Counted from the first letter of the stretch, positions 1-13,305 are shown. The stretch: DNA of 64,000 nucleotides from Octopus vulgaris (GCA_951406725.2 OX597829.1:44206001-44270000), one strand, 5' to 3'. Program-made: numbers and translations. The notes: a model not told the origin generated them from the letters alone.

Positions 1-213
1 TATCTGTATGTTTGTGTCATTATGTCAGTGTCTGTACTCCATTACTGCTTCACAACAGCTGTTGGTGTGTTTATGTTTCCGTAACTTAGCGGTTTAGCAA
101 AAGGGACCGATAGAATAAAGGGACCGATAGAATAAGGCTTCAGACATATAAGTCCTGGGGTTGATTTTTTTGACTAAAACTCTTCAAGGCGGTGCTGCAG
201 CATGGCCGCAGTC
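1..213 (+). mobile_element. SINE family C, 3' half (window edge)
   Basis: Matches the C tail seen at 33940-34097 (gttggtgtgtttatg...cttagcggtt...ccgatagaataa...ggcggtgctgcagcatggccgcagtc). Confidence 0.8.
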
Positions 214-747
214 TCTTTTATTCTGTTGTTCTTTTACATGTTCCAGTAATTTTGACTGCGGCAATGCTGGAGCACCGCCTTTAGTTGAACATATCGACAC
301 CAGGATTTATCCTATCGAGCTCTTTTGCCAACGAACTGCTGAGTTACGGGGACGTAAGCACACCAACATCGGTTGTCAAGCGATAGTGGGGAGAAACACA
401 CAGACACACTCTCTCTCTCTCACACACACACACACACATATATGTGTGGAGACGCAATGGCCCTGTGGTTAGGGCAGCGGACTCACGGTTGTAGGAACGC
501 GGTTTCGATTTTCAAACCGGGCTTTTTGAGTGTTTATTGACTGAAAACACCTAAAGCTCCACGAGGCTCCGGCAGGGGTTGGTGGCGATCCCTGATGTAC
601 TCTTACGCCACAACTTTCTCTCACTCTTTCTTCTGTTAGTCTGCTCGCTTAGCCAGCGGGGTGGCGTCATTTGAAGGCTAAAACAATGCAAAGCGCATTG
701 TGATCAGCAATGTGTAACAACATCTGATGGTCTGGTCGGTTACGGTG

Positions 748-790
<43 letters not shown>

Positions 791-875
791 CGACGGGCGT
801 CTTTCAGTTTCAGTCTACCAAATCCACTTACAAGGCTTTGGTCGGCCTAATGTGATAGTAGAAGACACTTGCCCA
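214..875 (-). mobile_element. SINE family C, interrupted by a SINE A copy in its internal microsatellite
   Basis: Reverse complement of the C tail (214-400) and C body (790-875, tttcagtttc...ctaccaaatccact...gaagacacttgccc); tail-to-tail with the copy at 1-213. Confidence 0.8.
448..750 (+). mobile_element. tRNA-derived SINE A, tail type A2
   Basis: Head ggagacgcaatggccctgtggttagggcagcggactc with A box and B-box-like gtttcgatt; tail gcttagccagcggggtggcgtcatttgaaggctaaaacaatg shared with 20540 and 59803. Confidence 0.85.
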
Positions 876-1720
876 ATGGACAAACAGAAAGAATTGTTGA
901 CATCTTCAAAACCAAAATTCTTAAATCAAAAATGGTGTAGGAACCATCATAGAAGTAATACAAAACACTCTTACTAGTTTATCGAGGAACACCAAATCCA
1001 GAAAATAAGCAGAAAAGAAGTCACCTGCACAAGACGTGTTTGAGAGAAGGATTAGAAGAACTCTAGAGCCCATTCTGAAGAATGATTGTAAGAAAACTTA
1101 TATCTAAACGGCCAGTACCAGAGATACATTAAACACTTCCATCCTAAACAACCAGTGTGGCTACGTGAATTTTAAAGATTTTGTGCTGTTGGATGCAATA
1201 GGTAAAAGGCAACGAGGAAAAGTCTTTATTAGATTAAAAATATTATCAAAACAAAACAAATAACGGCTTATACACCGGGAAATAAGGTAATTGTAGTGGC
1301 AGTGACAAGTTCGCTCGCTGGTTGCTACTTGATAGTGTAGAAGGGAGGGAAAGAGTAAGGAATGCACGGTGCTGACTGGAAAGGAAGAAAGGATAAAGGT
1401 GGCATCGTCTTCGTTCGACATACGAATAGAACAGAGTGGTGACATTTAGTAGAATATTCAAGTCAATAATCAAATCTGCATAATACACGAAGAGAGAGAG
1501 AGAGAGAGAGGGAAATAATTCGAAATCACAGGGAACGACAGAGATGCCCTTGAACATTCTGTTGGAAGAATTCAATCTATCATCGTCATCGAAACTTATT
1601 CAAAAAATGATTCTCCATAGAACCTAAGTTTTACACGAGTTCGTCAAAAGCCGCCTAGGATCATTTGAGAACTGCACAAGAAGTCTTATGACAGTGGAAC
1701 TTAAAAGAAAAAATGAAGAG
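876..1720 (+). pseudogene. Degenerate Ty3/Gypsy LTR-retrotransposon integrase C-terminal region
   Basis: With frameshifts it translates to NGQTERIVDIFK...YRGTPNP...SPAQDVFERRIR, matching the Gypsy integrase motif NGQAERFV..FK...YR.TP...SPAE..FGR.IR. Split by a Mutator-like fragment at 1221-1453. Confidence 0.7.
1221..1453 (-). mobile_element. Fragment of the long-TIR (Mutator-like) element
   Basis: Reverse complement of 5079-5312. Confidence 0.8.
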
Positions 1721-1884
1721 GTATTAAAAACCTAGTTATCTTTTTGAAGTGCCCGTGAACCAACTGGAATGGAGGCATTGTATTTTACCCCGTCCCCACA
1801 TGAACTACCCCACGTTTAACGTGATTGAAGTAATTCAGTTACAGTGTGATTGAACTAGACTACCTGCAATCAATGAAAAAAAAA

Positions 1885-2273
1885 GGAGCACTCCGTCGGT
1901 TACGAAGATGAGGGTCCCAGCTGATACGATCAACGGAACAGCTTGCTCGTGGAATTAACGTGCAAGTGGCTGAGCACTCCACAGACACGTGTGCCCTTAA
2001 CGTAGTTCTCGGGGATATTCAGCGTGACACAGAGTGTGACAAGGCCGGCCCTTTGAAACACAGGTACAACAGAAACAGGAAGAAAGAGTGAAAGAAAGTT
2101 GTGGTGAAAGAGTACAGCAGGGTTCATCACCATCCCCTGTCGGAGCCTCGTGGAGCTTTTTAGGTGTTTTCGCTCAATAAACACTAATAAACACAACGCC
2201 CGGTCTGGGAATCGAAACCGCGATCCTATGACCGCGAGTCCGCTGCCCTAACCACTGGGCCATTACGCCTCCA
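1885..2273 (-). mobile_element. tRNA-derived SINE A, tail type A1, full length, flanked by an 83-bp direct repeat
   Basis: Reverse complement of the A1 consensus (ends cgtaaccgacggagtgctcc); 1795-1877 is repeated at 2274-2356. Confidence 0.9.
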
Positions 2274-2487
2274 CCCACATGAACTAGCCCACGTTTAACG
2301 TGATTGAAGTAATTCAGTTTCAGTGTGATTGAACTAGACTACCTGCAATCAATGAACAGTCATATGAGAACTCATATAAAGTGAATATATAAAATGGTTT
2401 TGTGCCTTCCTCAGAGAGATCTGACTCTTTTCTGAGCCCTTCTTAGTGTTTGTTTTCTTTTTTACAAGTATTTTTCCAATGACAGGG

Positions 2488-2793
2488 TCTTCTTCTTCTT
2501 CTTCTTCTTCTTCTTCTTCTTCTTCTTCTTCTTCTTCTTCTTCTTCTTCTTCTTCTTCTTCTTCTTCTTCTTCTTCTTCTTCTTCTTCTTCTTCTTCTTT
2601 CTTCTTCTTCTTCTTCTTCTTCTTCTTCTTCTTCTTCTTCTTCTTCTTCTTCTTCTTCTTCTTCTTCTTCTTCTTCTTCTTCTTCTTCTTCTTCTTCTTC
2701 TTCTTCTTCTTCTTCTTCTTCTTCTTCTTCTTCTTCTTCTTCTTCTTCTTCTTCTTCTTCTTCTTCTTCTTCTTCTTCTTCTTCTTCTTCTTC
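2488..2793. repeat. (TTC)n microsatellite, ~300 bp
   Basis: Direct inspection; probably the (GAA)n tail of the minus-strand element at 2794-3249. Confidence 0.95.
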
Positions 2794-3249
2794 CAATCAG
2801 GACTCACTCCATTAGCCACAAAGAATAATCTCTAATTCGAGCCTACTCTAAGCTACTAAGAATGCGTGTGGAATCTTGAAGATCCACCCACCACACGCGA
2901 TAGACTGGCGGTTGCACGGGCGTGAAAGCTACGTTGTTATCCTCATTCCGTAAACGGTGGCTTTTAACGGGTGGAGAGCTGAACCATCCCGAGGTACCGT
3001 TGATTAGCAATCTAGACTAGGGTCTGAAAGTTTGCCACACCACAGTGGATTACACCATGGTTCCTCTGCTTTGTAGCAGAAGTAGGAAGAAAGAATGAGC
3101 GAAAGTTGTGGTAAAAAAGTAGAGTGGGGTTCACTCGTGGAGCTTTAGTGTTTTTGCTCAATAAACACTCACAATGTCCGGCTGGTAATCGTAATCGCGT
3201 TCTTACGACCGCGAGTCCGCTGTCCTAACCACTGGGCCATTGCGCCTCC
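2794..3249 (-). mobile_element. Older SINE A head with a third tail type (A3) ending in (GAA)n
   Basis: 3085-3249 is a diverged A head on the minus strand. 2794-3080 is unlike the A1 and A2 tails and runs directly into the (GAA)n array. Confidence 0.6.
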
Positions 3250-4095
3250 GCTACTGGGTCATGTTCTCACCCCTGCCTGTTAGAATTATTCTTTTATTGC
3301 TAAGCACAGACTAGTTGCTGAACGGAATTATTCGTTTCTCTAGTTATTTATTCAATTCTATCTATCTAGTATCTGCAATGTTACAAAACCAACCTCCCGA
3401 CTTCGTTCTGCGTTTAAGCGAGGACTGTTAATCAAAGAAACAAATTACGTAAAAGCATGTCTCGCAAAAAAAAAAAACACGACGTCTGCCTGCATCTGCG
3501 CCATTGAGAATTTGTGCATCAAATTTCACAGCCTCCCGAGACCCATTCTAAAGTGGGACTCGACAGCAGATGGCTCTCATGACCAGCAGAACATGAACTT
3601 CTTATGAAACCAAAAAATTCATATGTGCCTCTCTCTGGTAACGTGTTTCGTGGAGCACGACGTGTTGTTCAGACAATAGTGCGCCATTGAATTGATGTTA
3701 CCATCAGCCACCTCAACCCAACCTTACAGCGACAATTTGGCAAATTCCTCCCCGGGCCCCAATCAATTTAAACAAGCTCTCGCTTAAACAAGATGTCTGC
3801 GTTTTGTTTACGTGCTTGTAAATTTCTTTCATGATTATGTCAAAATAAAACAACAAAACAAAAACCCACAAATGTCTCATCTAAGACATTCAACGAAAAT
3901 TTACTTTAGGCCACAAAAAAAAGAGTCCCAAAGGAATATAGCCAACCAACAAATGCATAACACGAAATAGTAAAATAAGTGACTTCGTTCACACCATCGG
4001 GTATAAATGATGAGTTAAAAGAGTTGTAGTTCTCCTTTGAAGATATCGGCGGCGGGAAACACGAATTAGGAGATGAACAAATTTTAATAGTTAGT

Positions 4096-4270
4096 GTCAT
4101 CTCTACTAAATGTCACCACTCTGTTCTATTCGTATGTCAAACGAAGACGATGCTACCTTTATTCTTTCTTCCTTTCTAGTCAGCACCGTGCATTCCTTAC
4201 TCTTTCCCTCCCTTCTACACTATCAAGTAGCAACCAACGAGCGAACTTGTCACTGCCACTACAATTACCG
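4096..4270 (+). mobile_element. Fragment of the long-TIR (Mutator-like) element
   Basis: Near-identical to 5073-5248 (gtcatctctactaaatgtcaccactctg...ccactacaattaccg). Confidence 0.8.
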
Positions 4271-4587
4271 CAACCATAAAAAGTAAGTACTGAAGTCGAT
4301 ACATGCGGCTAAAAATTCTACAAAGTGGTGCCCCAGCATGGGCTTAATTTAATGACTGATACAACTAAAAAATAACAGATCTAAAAACTTGTGGTTGAAT
4401 AATACAATAAGCTCGCTTAATCTAATCTAAAACGGTGTAAACTAAAATAATAATGAGCCACTGCAACAATCAGCATATTACTTCAGCTTTCACCATTTTA
4501 CTTCAACTACCGCAAATGTCATCGCCAGGCCGTCGCCAAATCCCTACAATATCACTACGATACGCAGTTATATAGTTATAACCTTAA

Positions 4588-4723
4588 CCCTTTGAGTCCT
4601 GATCTCCTGAACCGTATTTGACCATATACCTGCCTTCCTGATGCACTCCACCGGTAGAGCGGTGCTGCAGTATAGAGAGAAATAAGCCATCCACCTGTAA
4701 ACAGGTGCTATGGGCTCAAAGGA
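4588..4723. mobile_element. piggyBac-like MITE (136 bp)
   Basis: TTAA at 4584-4587 and 4724-4727; imperfect TIRs ccctttgagtcc / gggctcaaagga. Confidence 0.7.
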
Positions 4724-4734
4724 TTAATGTACAT

Positions 4735-6433
4735 CAGTGGTTCTCAACCAGAGTTCATATAAAATTTTGTGGGGTCCCCACAATGAAATGAAAAATTGGA
4801 GATCCAAATCAGTATTGGGATCTGTTCAGTTTGGCTCACAGATTTTTTTATTAAAATTTTTTTAACTAAACAGTTTGAAACTTCGTATACTGGTGGAATG
4901 TTTCATACAGAACACGGTTTACTTTGAACATTGTTGACAAAATGTGGTATTTTAGAATTTATTTCGTGTTAAAGTCGTAGTATTTCGGCAATTTAAACCA
5001 ATCAACGACGTGTATTCAGTTGAAGAAAGCTACTGCTGTTTGAGAAAGTAATCGAAGAGGAACAACTTCCGGGTCATCTCTACTAAATGTCACCACTCTG
5101 GTCTATTCGTATGTCGAATGAAGACGATGCCACCTTTATCCTTTCTTCCTTTCTTGTCAGCACCGTGCGTTCCTTGCTTTTTCCCTCCTTTCTACACTAT
5201 CAACTAGCAACCAGCGAGCGAACTTGTCACTGCCACTACAATTACCGTATTTTCCGGTGTATAAGCTGCTATTTGTTTTATCTTGATAATATTTTTAATC
5301 TAATAAAGACTTGTATACAGACGAAATGTGTTTATTGTTGATTATAGTAAGATAAAATCATAACAGTAACAATACATCTCATAGTTGTAAAATAAGGTAT
5401 TTTCAAACTACATACACGTCAGCAACAAAAAAAAACCCCCAGCTGCGGACTCGTAACTCTATAGGTCTTTTAAACACCTGTGCGTCTTATGTGTGGATAA
5501 AACACCGATGTCGGTCGAACGAATAAATACATGTAAATAATATTTCTTCTTTCTTGGTGTTGATTCTTCGATGTTTACTGGTCACTCCGACGCGAGAAAC
5601 AAAAGAAAAAAAGAAGAAGAAAGCGTGTAAAATGCAACACAGGCAGCAAACAATAAATAAAATAGAACAGTGTTGACATTTAGTAGAGATGACCCAGAAG
5701 TTGTTCCTCTTCGATTGCTATCGCAAACAGCAGTAGCTTTCTTCAACTGAATACACGCCGTTGATTGGTTGAAGTTACCCAGATACGACAACTTTCACAC
5801 GAAATAACTTCTAGAATACCAAATGTTGTCAAAAATGTTCAAAGTAAACCATGTTCTGTATAAAATATTCCACCAGTATACGAAATTTCAAACTGTTTAG
5901 TTAAAAAAAATTTAATTAAAAAGTCTGTGAGTCAAACTGAACAGATCTCACTATTTTTTTAAGGACTCAATGAAAAAAAAATTTTGCTTTAGATATATGT
6001 ATTATTATGTATTGCATGAAACAGCTAAATTTCTTTCTCGAACGTTTTGCATAAGTTAACTTGTACAAGTTAATGTGTGGAAAACGAAATAGTAATTGTG
6101 GAAGAAGTTTCTTAAAAACTAGTTTTTAAATATCGAATGACTATGGGGGTCCACATGAGTAAAATAGTAATGAAAGGGGTCCATAGATTTAAAAAATGGT
6201 TGACAACCCCTGCTTTTGATGTATGTATTGTAAGAAACAGCCAGGTTCCTTTCTCTAACATTTTACATTGTTCAACCTTTACAACTTAATGTGTGAAAGG
6301 CAAAATAGGAATTTTGAAAGAAGTTTGTATAAAAATAGTTTTCAAACATTGAATGGCTGTGGGTGGAGTGCACCAGAATAAAATAGTAATCATAGATAAA
6401 AAAAACAAAAAAAAAATGGTTGGGAACCCCCTT
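4735..6433. mobile_element. Non-autonomous hAT (Charlie/Buster-type) element with a duplicated right end
   Basis: Left end cagtggttctcaacc; right ends ggttgacaacccctg (6212) and ggttgggaaccccctt (6433); 8-bp TSD atgtacat at 4727-4734 and 6434-6441 with central TA. Confidence 0.85.
4817..5949. mobile_element. Non-autonomous element with ~290-bp TIRs (Mutator-like), nested in the hAT element
   Basis: 4817-5108 (gggatctgttcagtttggctcacagattttt...) is the imperfect inverted repeat of 5661-5949 (...gtgagtcaaactgaacagatctc); no transposase ORF; TSD not clean. Confidence 0.8.
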
Positions 6434-6918
6434 ATGTACATCTATAGATGGCCCGATCGCTGCAATCGGCTCTACTCTACACACAGTAACAACTCTACTG
6501 AAAAGTAAACTAAGTAGGTGGAGCAGAAGAAAGATCAATACATTATTAGCGAAAGAAATGCGAACTCACAAACATCCGACTAAAAAGCCGACACCTTTTT
6601 CTTTTTGGCCATTACAAACTCCTCTGTAATTAAAATGAATAAATGAAAAACGCCAAGAAGACGTGTTTGTTTGTAAGAAAAGCGGTGTCTCTGTAATTAC
6701 ATGGACAAAGCGGATGCTGAAAAGGTTACTTTTTATCTTCTTCTTCTTCTTCTTCTTCTTCTTCTTTGAAAAAAGTTTGCAGGTAGAGAAGCTTTGAAAG
6801 AAGAGTAAGTCTGAGTTTGGATAGTAACAAATACAAACCACCCACGCACGCGCATATATATATATATATGCATATATAAATATACACACATACACACAAA
6901 TCTTTTCTCTCTCTCTCG

Positions 6919-7001
<83 letters not shown>

Positions 7002-7004
7002 TAT

Positions 7005-7039
<35 letters not shown>

Positions 7040-7052
7040 CATATATATATAT

Positions 7053-7110
<58 letters not shown>

Positions 7111-7321
7111 CATACTCAGACAGAAAGTATTTCAAATGATAGGTTACAATGGTAACACAGGTAAACAAAATTATACACATATGTATGTAGATATTTCTGC
7201 GTGTGTGCCTGATTGTCGGCATGTAATTATGTATGTATGTATGTATGCATGCATGTATGTATGTATGTATGTATGTATGTATGTATGTATGTATGTATAT
7301 ATGTATGTATGTATGTATGTG
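6919..7321. repeat. (TA)n and (TATG)n microsatellites
   Basis: Direct inspection. Confidence 0.9.
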
Positions 7322-8101
7322 TGAGTGCTGATGCGTGTGTGCATCTGTGTTACCTACCTATGCATGTGTGTGTGTGTGAATTATTTTACCTACATGTATA
7401 TATATATATATATGTGTGCCGTGTATGTATGTATATTTATATGCTAGACTGTACTAGACAAACAAAGACGCTCAGACGGACAGATAAGCAGACAGACATA
7501 CATACAGACAGACAGACAGGTTAGGCATTTATCCGCTTCTCCGTATTTCTTGCTAAGGTCGTCGGTAACTACACTGGTAATCCAAGACGGAAATCATTGT
7601 TGTACAAACGAGTAGGGTGCGTTAATATACACCCGCAGGAGCAGAAACATAATGTGAAAAAAAAAAGAGCAGAGGATAACCTATGGACTGCCAACTATTC
7701 ACTGCGAATTTTTTTCCACCACTAATTGCCGAAGACTTCGTGCTGTTGAACTTGAAATGTGGACGGCGGTCATATCTGTTGCTTCTAGGGATGTTTCGTC
7801 TAATTATACTGCGCCTCTTTTTGTGTTACGATTGAACAGACAGGCCAAGCCTCCTTCTGTATTCTCAGTTTGATCAAAGAGTTCTTGATGTGCAGTTTTG
7901 TCGAAATTGTGTTATTTCAGTGAGACTTCAGAATAGCTCTCCACAACGATCTCCACCAGCGCAGTTATTTCTTGGTTAAATTTCATTGGCAATCAATATA
8001 ATACCTTTTGCTTGAGTGTGTGGCCATTGCTAGATTCGAACTTTTGCAACCAAAATAAACGGTACAGATATATCGCCATATTCATAGATTCATCGCGATA
8101 C

Positions 8102-8232
<131 letters not shown>

Positions 8233-8255
8233 TATATATATATATATATATATAT

Positions 8256-8305
<50 letters not shown>

Positions 8306-8306
<1 letters not shown>

Positions 8307-9707
8307 TGTTTCTTTATTAGCCACACAGGGCTGCACACAGATAGAACAAATTACAAGGTAGAGCTTTTCTTTTGGGGGTAAAAAAAAGGTGGGTGTCGAT
8401 CAAAAGGGATCGTAAAAGGAAAGAAAGAGGACAAAAAAGGGAGGGGTTTAAAAAAAAGGGGGAGAGGAAAAAAAATTGATCAATAGGGATCGTTATCACA
8501 GAAATGTCAATATGAAGTGTAAAGGGGAGGACAGGTGAGGTTTACCCGAGGAAAGAAAAGCCTACGGAAAAGACCACGGTAACCTCGGTCAATGAAGTCA
8601 CATGTCATATTTCTTTTTTTTTTTTGCAAATAAGCAACTCTCTGTATTAAATTTTACGGTTCATAGAATCATAGTCAAGGTGGCTTCGTCATTCATACGT
8701 GCCATCCTTGCTACATTCACCCATCTTTTTAAAACATTCACTAGACAAAACTTGCCTCTCTACTCTCACTTTCCTCTTCAAGTGATACTTGAAGAAGTTG
8801 ATGAGAGATTGACCAGAGAAGAAAGTGTTTGTCTCTAATCCATTCAGGCGCGTCCACCAGATACATTCTTTCGCCATAGCCACATGTATGATAAAAATAG
8901 CTCTTCCTTCCCGTTTGAAGGAAGGAGGCGTGACGATATTAACGATAGACTCGGCTGATAAACCGACACGTCCCACACGTGACAGCAGTCGTTCGACATA
9001 AGCCCACAGGTCGGAAATTGCTGGACACTGCACGATTGCGTGCAGAGCGGTTTCGTCGTTCTGCTCGCATCTCGGGCAGGTCGTCCCCGTGTTTCTCGAG
9101 CCATGCCTATAGAGCTTATCCCGAACGGGTAGCGCTTCTCGGTAGCACTGCCAGGCCAGGGATCTCTGGAAGTTGTCCATAGGTCCCGGGCCGAAAGTCA
9201 TTTGAAACAGGCGGGTCAGGTATTCCTCGTCGACGCCCAGGTTTGCCCCGAGATCGTCGTCGTACCTCCCCTCCACTAATCCCCTATAGAATGCTTTGGT
9301 TGTGTTGAAGTCACTCAAGGTCGACCCGGGACGGCAGAGTTGCTTGAGAGCAACGCGACACTAGCGGTATCGCCCTTCCTCGGCCTCTTTTTGATCCACG
9401 ACTGTAGTTCGGTCATGGAGACGAGTTGCGGGAATGCGTGCCTCACAAACGGCGACCACACCTGTTCACCGTCGTCTACATAGAGCCGGAGATGTCGCAG
9501 TCTCAGCGCGTGTCTGCGCATCATCAACCACGGCATGCCCAGCCCTCCTTTTAACGGGTGTTGACAGCAAATGGATCGCCTGACCATCGGGACGCATCCT
9601 TTTCACAAGAAGCGGATGAGGATGCGTTCTAGTTTGATGATGGTAGGGTCGGGACAAGGTACGACGGTCAGGCGGTAGTAGATGATGGACGCGATGTACG
9701 CGTTTGC
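8306..9707 (-). mobile_element. 5'-truncated L1/Tx1-type LINE (ORF2 C-terminal part plus 3' UTR) embedded in (GATA)n
   Basis: Translations include ICCQHPLKGGLGMP and LAWQCYREALPVRDKL...CPRCEQNDETALHAIVQC (C-terminal CCHC zinc region typical of L1/Tx1 ORF2) and IWWTR. The 3' end is aataaagaaac followed by (TATC)n; (GATA)n lies at 8100-8305 and 9708-9848. Confidence 0.9.
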
Positions 9708-9742
<35 letters not shown>

Positions 9743-9774
9743 AAGACAGACAGCAGACACAGACAGACAGACAA

Positions 9775-9850
<76 letters not shown>

Positions 9851-10136
9851 GGCTCATGGCTTAGTGGTTACGGTATTCGGATCACGATCATAAGGTCGTG
9901 TGTTCGATTACCGGAGGTGCGTTGTGTCCTTAAGTAAGACTCTTCATTTCATCTTACGCCAGTCCACTCAGCTGGAAAAAATGAGTTCTTACTTGTAATT
10001 CAGAGTCACCCTTGACACACTCTGCTAAAGGTATGCTTGTCTGCGGTGTACTCAGCCACTTACATATTAATTTCATGGGCAGGTTCGGTTGATTGGATCA
10101 ACTGAAACCCTCGTCGTCGTAACCGACGGAGTACCA
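9851..10136 (+). mobile_element. tRNA-headed SINE with CORE-like centre (D type) and A1-type tail
   Basis: A box tggcttagtggtta, B box gttcgatt, gtgtccttaagtaagact...ccagtccactcagctgg, tail ccctcgtcgtcgtaaccgacggagtacc. Confidence 0.75.
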
Positions 10137-10382
10137 ATAGATATAGATAAGGAGGGATAGATAGATGGACAGACGGACGGACATAGATATGGATGGAGAG
10201 ATATATAAATATACATTCTTGCATACACACATATCTGTCTATATACCTATCAGCCTATCTATCTAATCCTTAATTTCAAATGCAAATTTCTAATCGCACC
10301 TTTTATATTGTGAGTGTATCTCACCTCCCTACCATCTCATCTCTAGTTGAGACCACATACACATACACACACGCATGTAAAT

Positions 10383-10392
10383 ATATACATGC

Positions 10393-10424
<32 letters not shown>

Positions 10425-10589
10425 ATGTGTGTGAGTGTGTATCCATTTATGTGTGTGCGTGTGAGTGTGTGTGAGAGTATGTGTGTGAGTGTATATATGT
10501 GTGTGTAAGTGTGTGTGAGTGTGTGTGAGTGTATATATACCCCATATATGCATATATATATACGTTTATATATACATATATATGTATTA

Positions 10590-10669
<80 letters not shown>

Positions 10670-10797
10670 CATTCATATATATGTATATATATATATATAC
10701 GTATGTATATATATGTATGCATATATATATATATGTTTATATATATATTTATATGCATATATATATATATATACATATAAATATATATATGTATATG

Positions 10798-10861
<64 letters not shown>

Positions 10862-10975
10862 CACACTTGTGTGCACTATCTGTCTTTGCTTGCTTGCTTG
10901 CTTGCTAGACTGTGTGTATGTGTGTGTGTTTGTTTGCTTGTGTGTGTGTGTGTGTATGCGTGCGTGCGTGCGTGC
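10383..10975. repeat. Compound (TA)n/(TG)n microsatellite
   Basis: Direct inspection. Confidence 0.9.
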
Positions 10976-11883
10976 GCTAGTGTTTGCATTCATAAAGTCA
11001 TACAAGTGCACGCACTACTTTCTACTTTACTGCCACAAAAGAATAAAAAAATAAACTATCCAATTACTTAAGATTACTTACAAAACATGTGCCAGCGATA
11101 AAAGAACTGAAATTAATCAACATATAACGTGCAACAGATAAACACATACACACAACTTTGTTTTGTCTTGTTGTTGTTACTGTTGTTGTTGTTGTTGTTG
11201 TTTTTTATTGTTTGTGTTTTATTATTTTTTTTTTGTTCTTTTTTTTTTCTTTTATATTATCTCCTTTTTAAATCTTCGGCTCTTTTTTTACGTATATAAC
11301 GTTCCTTTGTTCTCCTCTTCACGTCGTCTTACAAACCGTATTCACGAAGGTATCGTTGATATTACCAGCTATCGGATTAGCCGACTAATTTAATGTGTTA
11401 ACCCACAGCTCTTCGACAGCTTAAATGATGATATAATTACAATTTTATCATCTCTAATGGCAATGCCTGAATCAAGCTTTCTTGTATGAAAGAGCCAGAG
11501 GCTGTGAAACCTGTCATCTCTTTCTATTGTGTTTTTTTTTTCTTCGATCTGAGAAGTACATTCTTGATCTTTAATGATTTTTTTCCTATAAACCTTTCAA
11601 AACTACTTTTAGTAATAGATTCTCATTTGAATCAGTCTCGCAAACACTTGGTGTTTTAATAGATATCGTGGTGTTAGCGTTAGTTTACTCAATTCAAGAT
11701 TGTGTACGGTTGTGATGCCTTGTAATATATAAAACACTAGTTTTATAATCCGATTTCCTTCGAGTCTATTCGGGCCACATTTTAAAGATGAAGAATTTTT
11801 GCCCTAGAGGCCATACCTTTCAATTGAGCAAATTCAAAGTCGCCATGCAAACTCCCCAGCACTTTTAACATATGTGTGCATTT

Positions 11884-12000
11884 TGAGGTCGACTTTGCTT
11901 TTCATCCTTTCGGGTCGATAAATTAAGTACCAGTTGCGTACTGGAATCGATGGCCCCCTTCCCCCAAAATTTCGGGCCTTATGCCTAGAGTAGAAAAGAA
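11884..12000 (+). mobile_element. SINE B, 5'-truncated, tail type B2
   Basis: gaggtcgactttgcttttcatcctttcgggtcgataaattaagtaccag...ggccttatgcctagagtagaaaag. Confidence 0.8.
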
Positions 12001-12110
12001 CATAGGTGTGCAAATTTTCAGGTCGATCCGACCACATTTACTAACACTTTTGCCTGCACAACTGCTTGTGAGACAACGTCCACCCTTTTCACAAATGTAT
12101 AGTAGATATC

Positions 12111-12333
<223 letters not shown>

Positions 12334-12479
12334 CCATCTAGCAACTTATAGTTGCATATAATGTCCATTGAAATCTCATTTGATTTTCTGTTTCTGGCTC
12401 CATTCATATTAAGCCTGTGGTAGGAGGAACTTCTCATAGGCAGTTATTTGATCTGTCACTTTATCTATCTTTTTTCCTT

Positions 12480-12840
12480 AATAAGAAAAAGTCTCCAACA
12501 AGACCCGAAACTGTTTAGTGTAAGAGACGACAAAGAATTAGAAATGAAGACGTAAAGAATGTGTTTCTTTTAGACTTGAAAGAGTTCGGGTCATAAAAGC
12601 TGGTGAGGAGACAATCAGATGGAAAGAGAGTTCCAAAGTCTGGCAGTTGGAGGAGAAAAGTTACGACTGTAAATAGACGTTTTTATTCGTGGAAGCAAAA
12701 AACATCATTCGGATGAAGATGCTGTAAGTTTTGAGTCATGTCAGATGGTTTGTGGTGATCTGGAACTAAGAAAGTTCATTAGAACATCTCTTGTGGAAAT
12801 AGCGATAGGAACAATTTAAAACTGACGGCATCATGTCGAT
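12480..12840 (-). mobile_element. Old CR1-group LINE 3' end
   Basis: Minus strand encodes YRYFHKRCSNEL and FSPPTARLWNSL, resembling the LFYRY..G.CS.EL and SFFPRT..LWNSLP motifs at the end of CR1-group ORF2. Confidence 0.6.
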
Positions 12841-12952
12841 GTGCCATGATTTACAGAGGGACCAATCACGGGAGGGAACAAACGAATGAGAGACACACTT
12901 ATGCTAACGTATCCTACGTAATAAACACCTTTGTAAACATTCAGAGCACATG

Positions 12953-13025
<73 letters not shown>

Positions 13026-13305
13026 AGAAGGATATATCATCCGGGTACTGTGGAGGCTCTCAGTTCTATTCCAGGTTACGGCTAACCGCATCGTTTAGTA
13101 TTTAACGTCTATGACTACAAGGAGATGGCACCCATGATGTAAATTTCTCCAATGGATAGTTCTGTGTTCGCTCCAATAGATGGTAATATTATCTGGAGAG
13201 TGTATTTGCAATAATTATTACGATAGATAGTATGGAGACTTGTACATCCTCAAAATTTATTTCCTTTATTTTACAACGTCATACAGCATATTTTTATGGG
13301 ACGAC

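Noticed and set aside
7524-8070. GC-richer block that could be a decayed coding sequence
   Set aside because: Stops in the frames examined and no motif I could assign.
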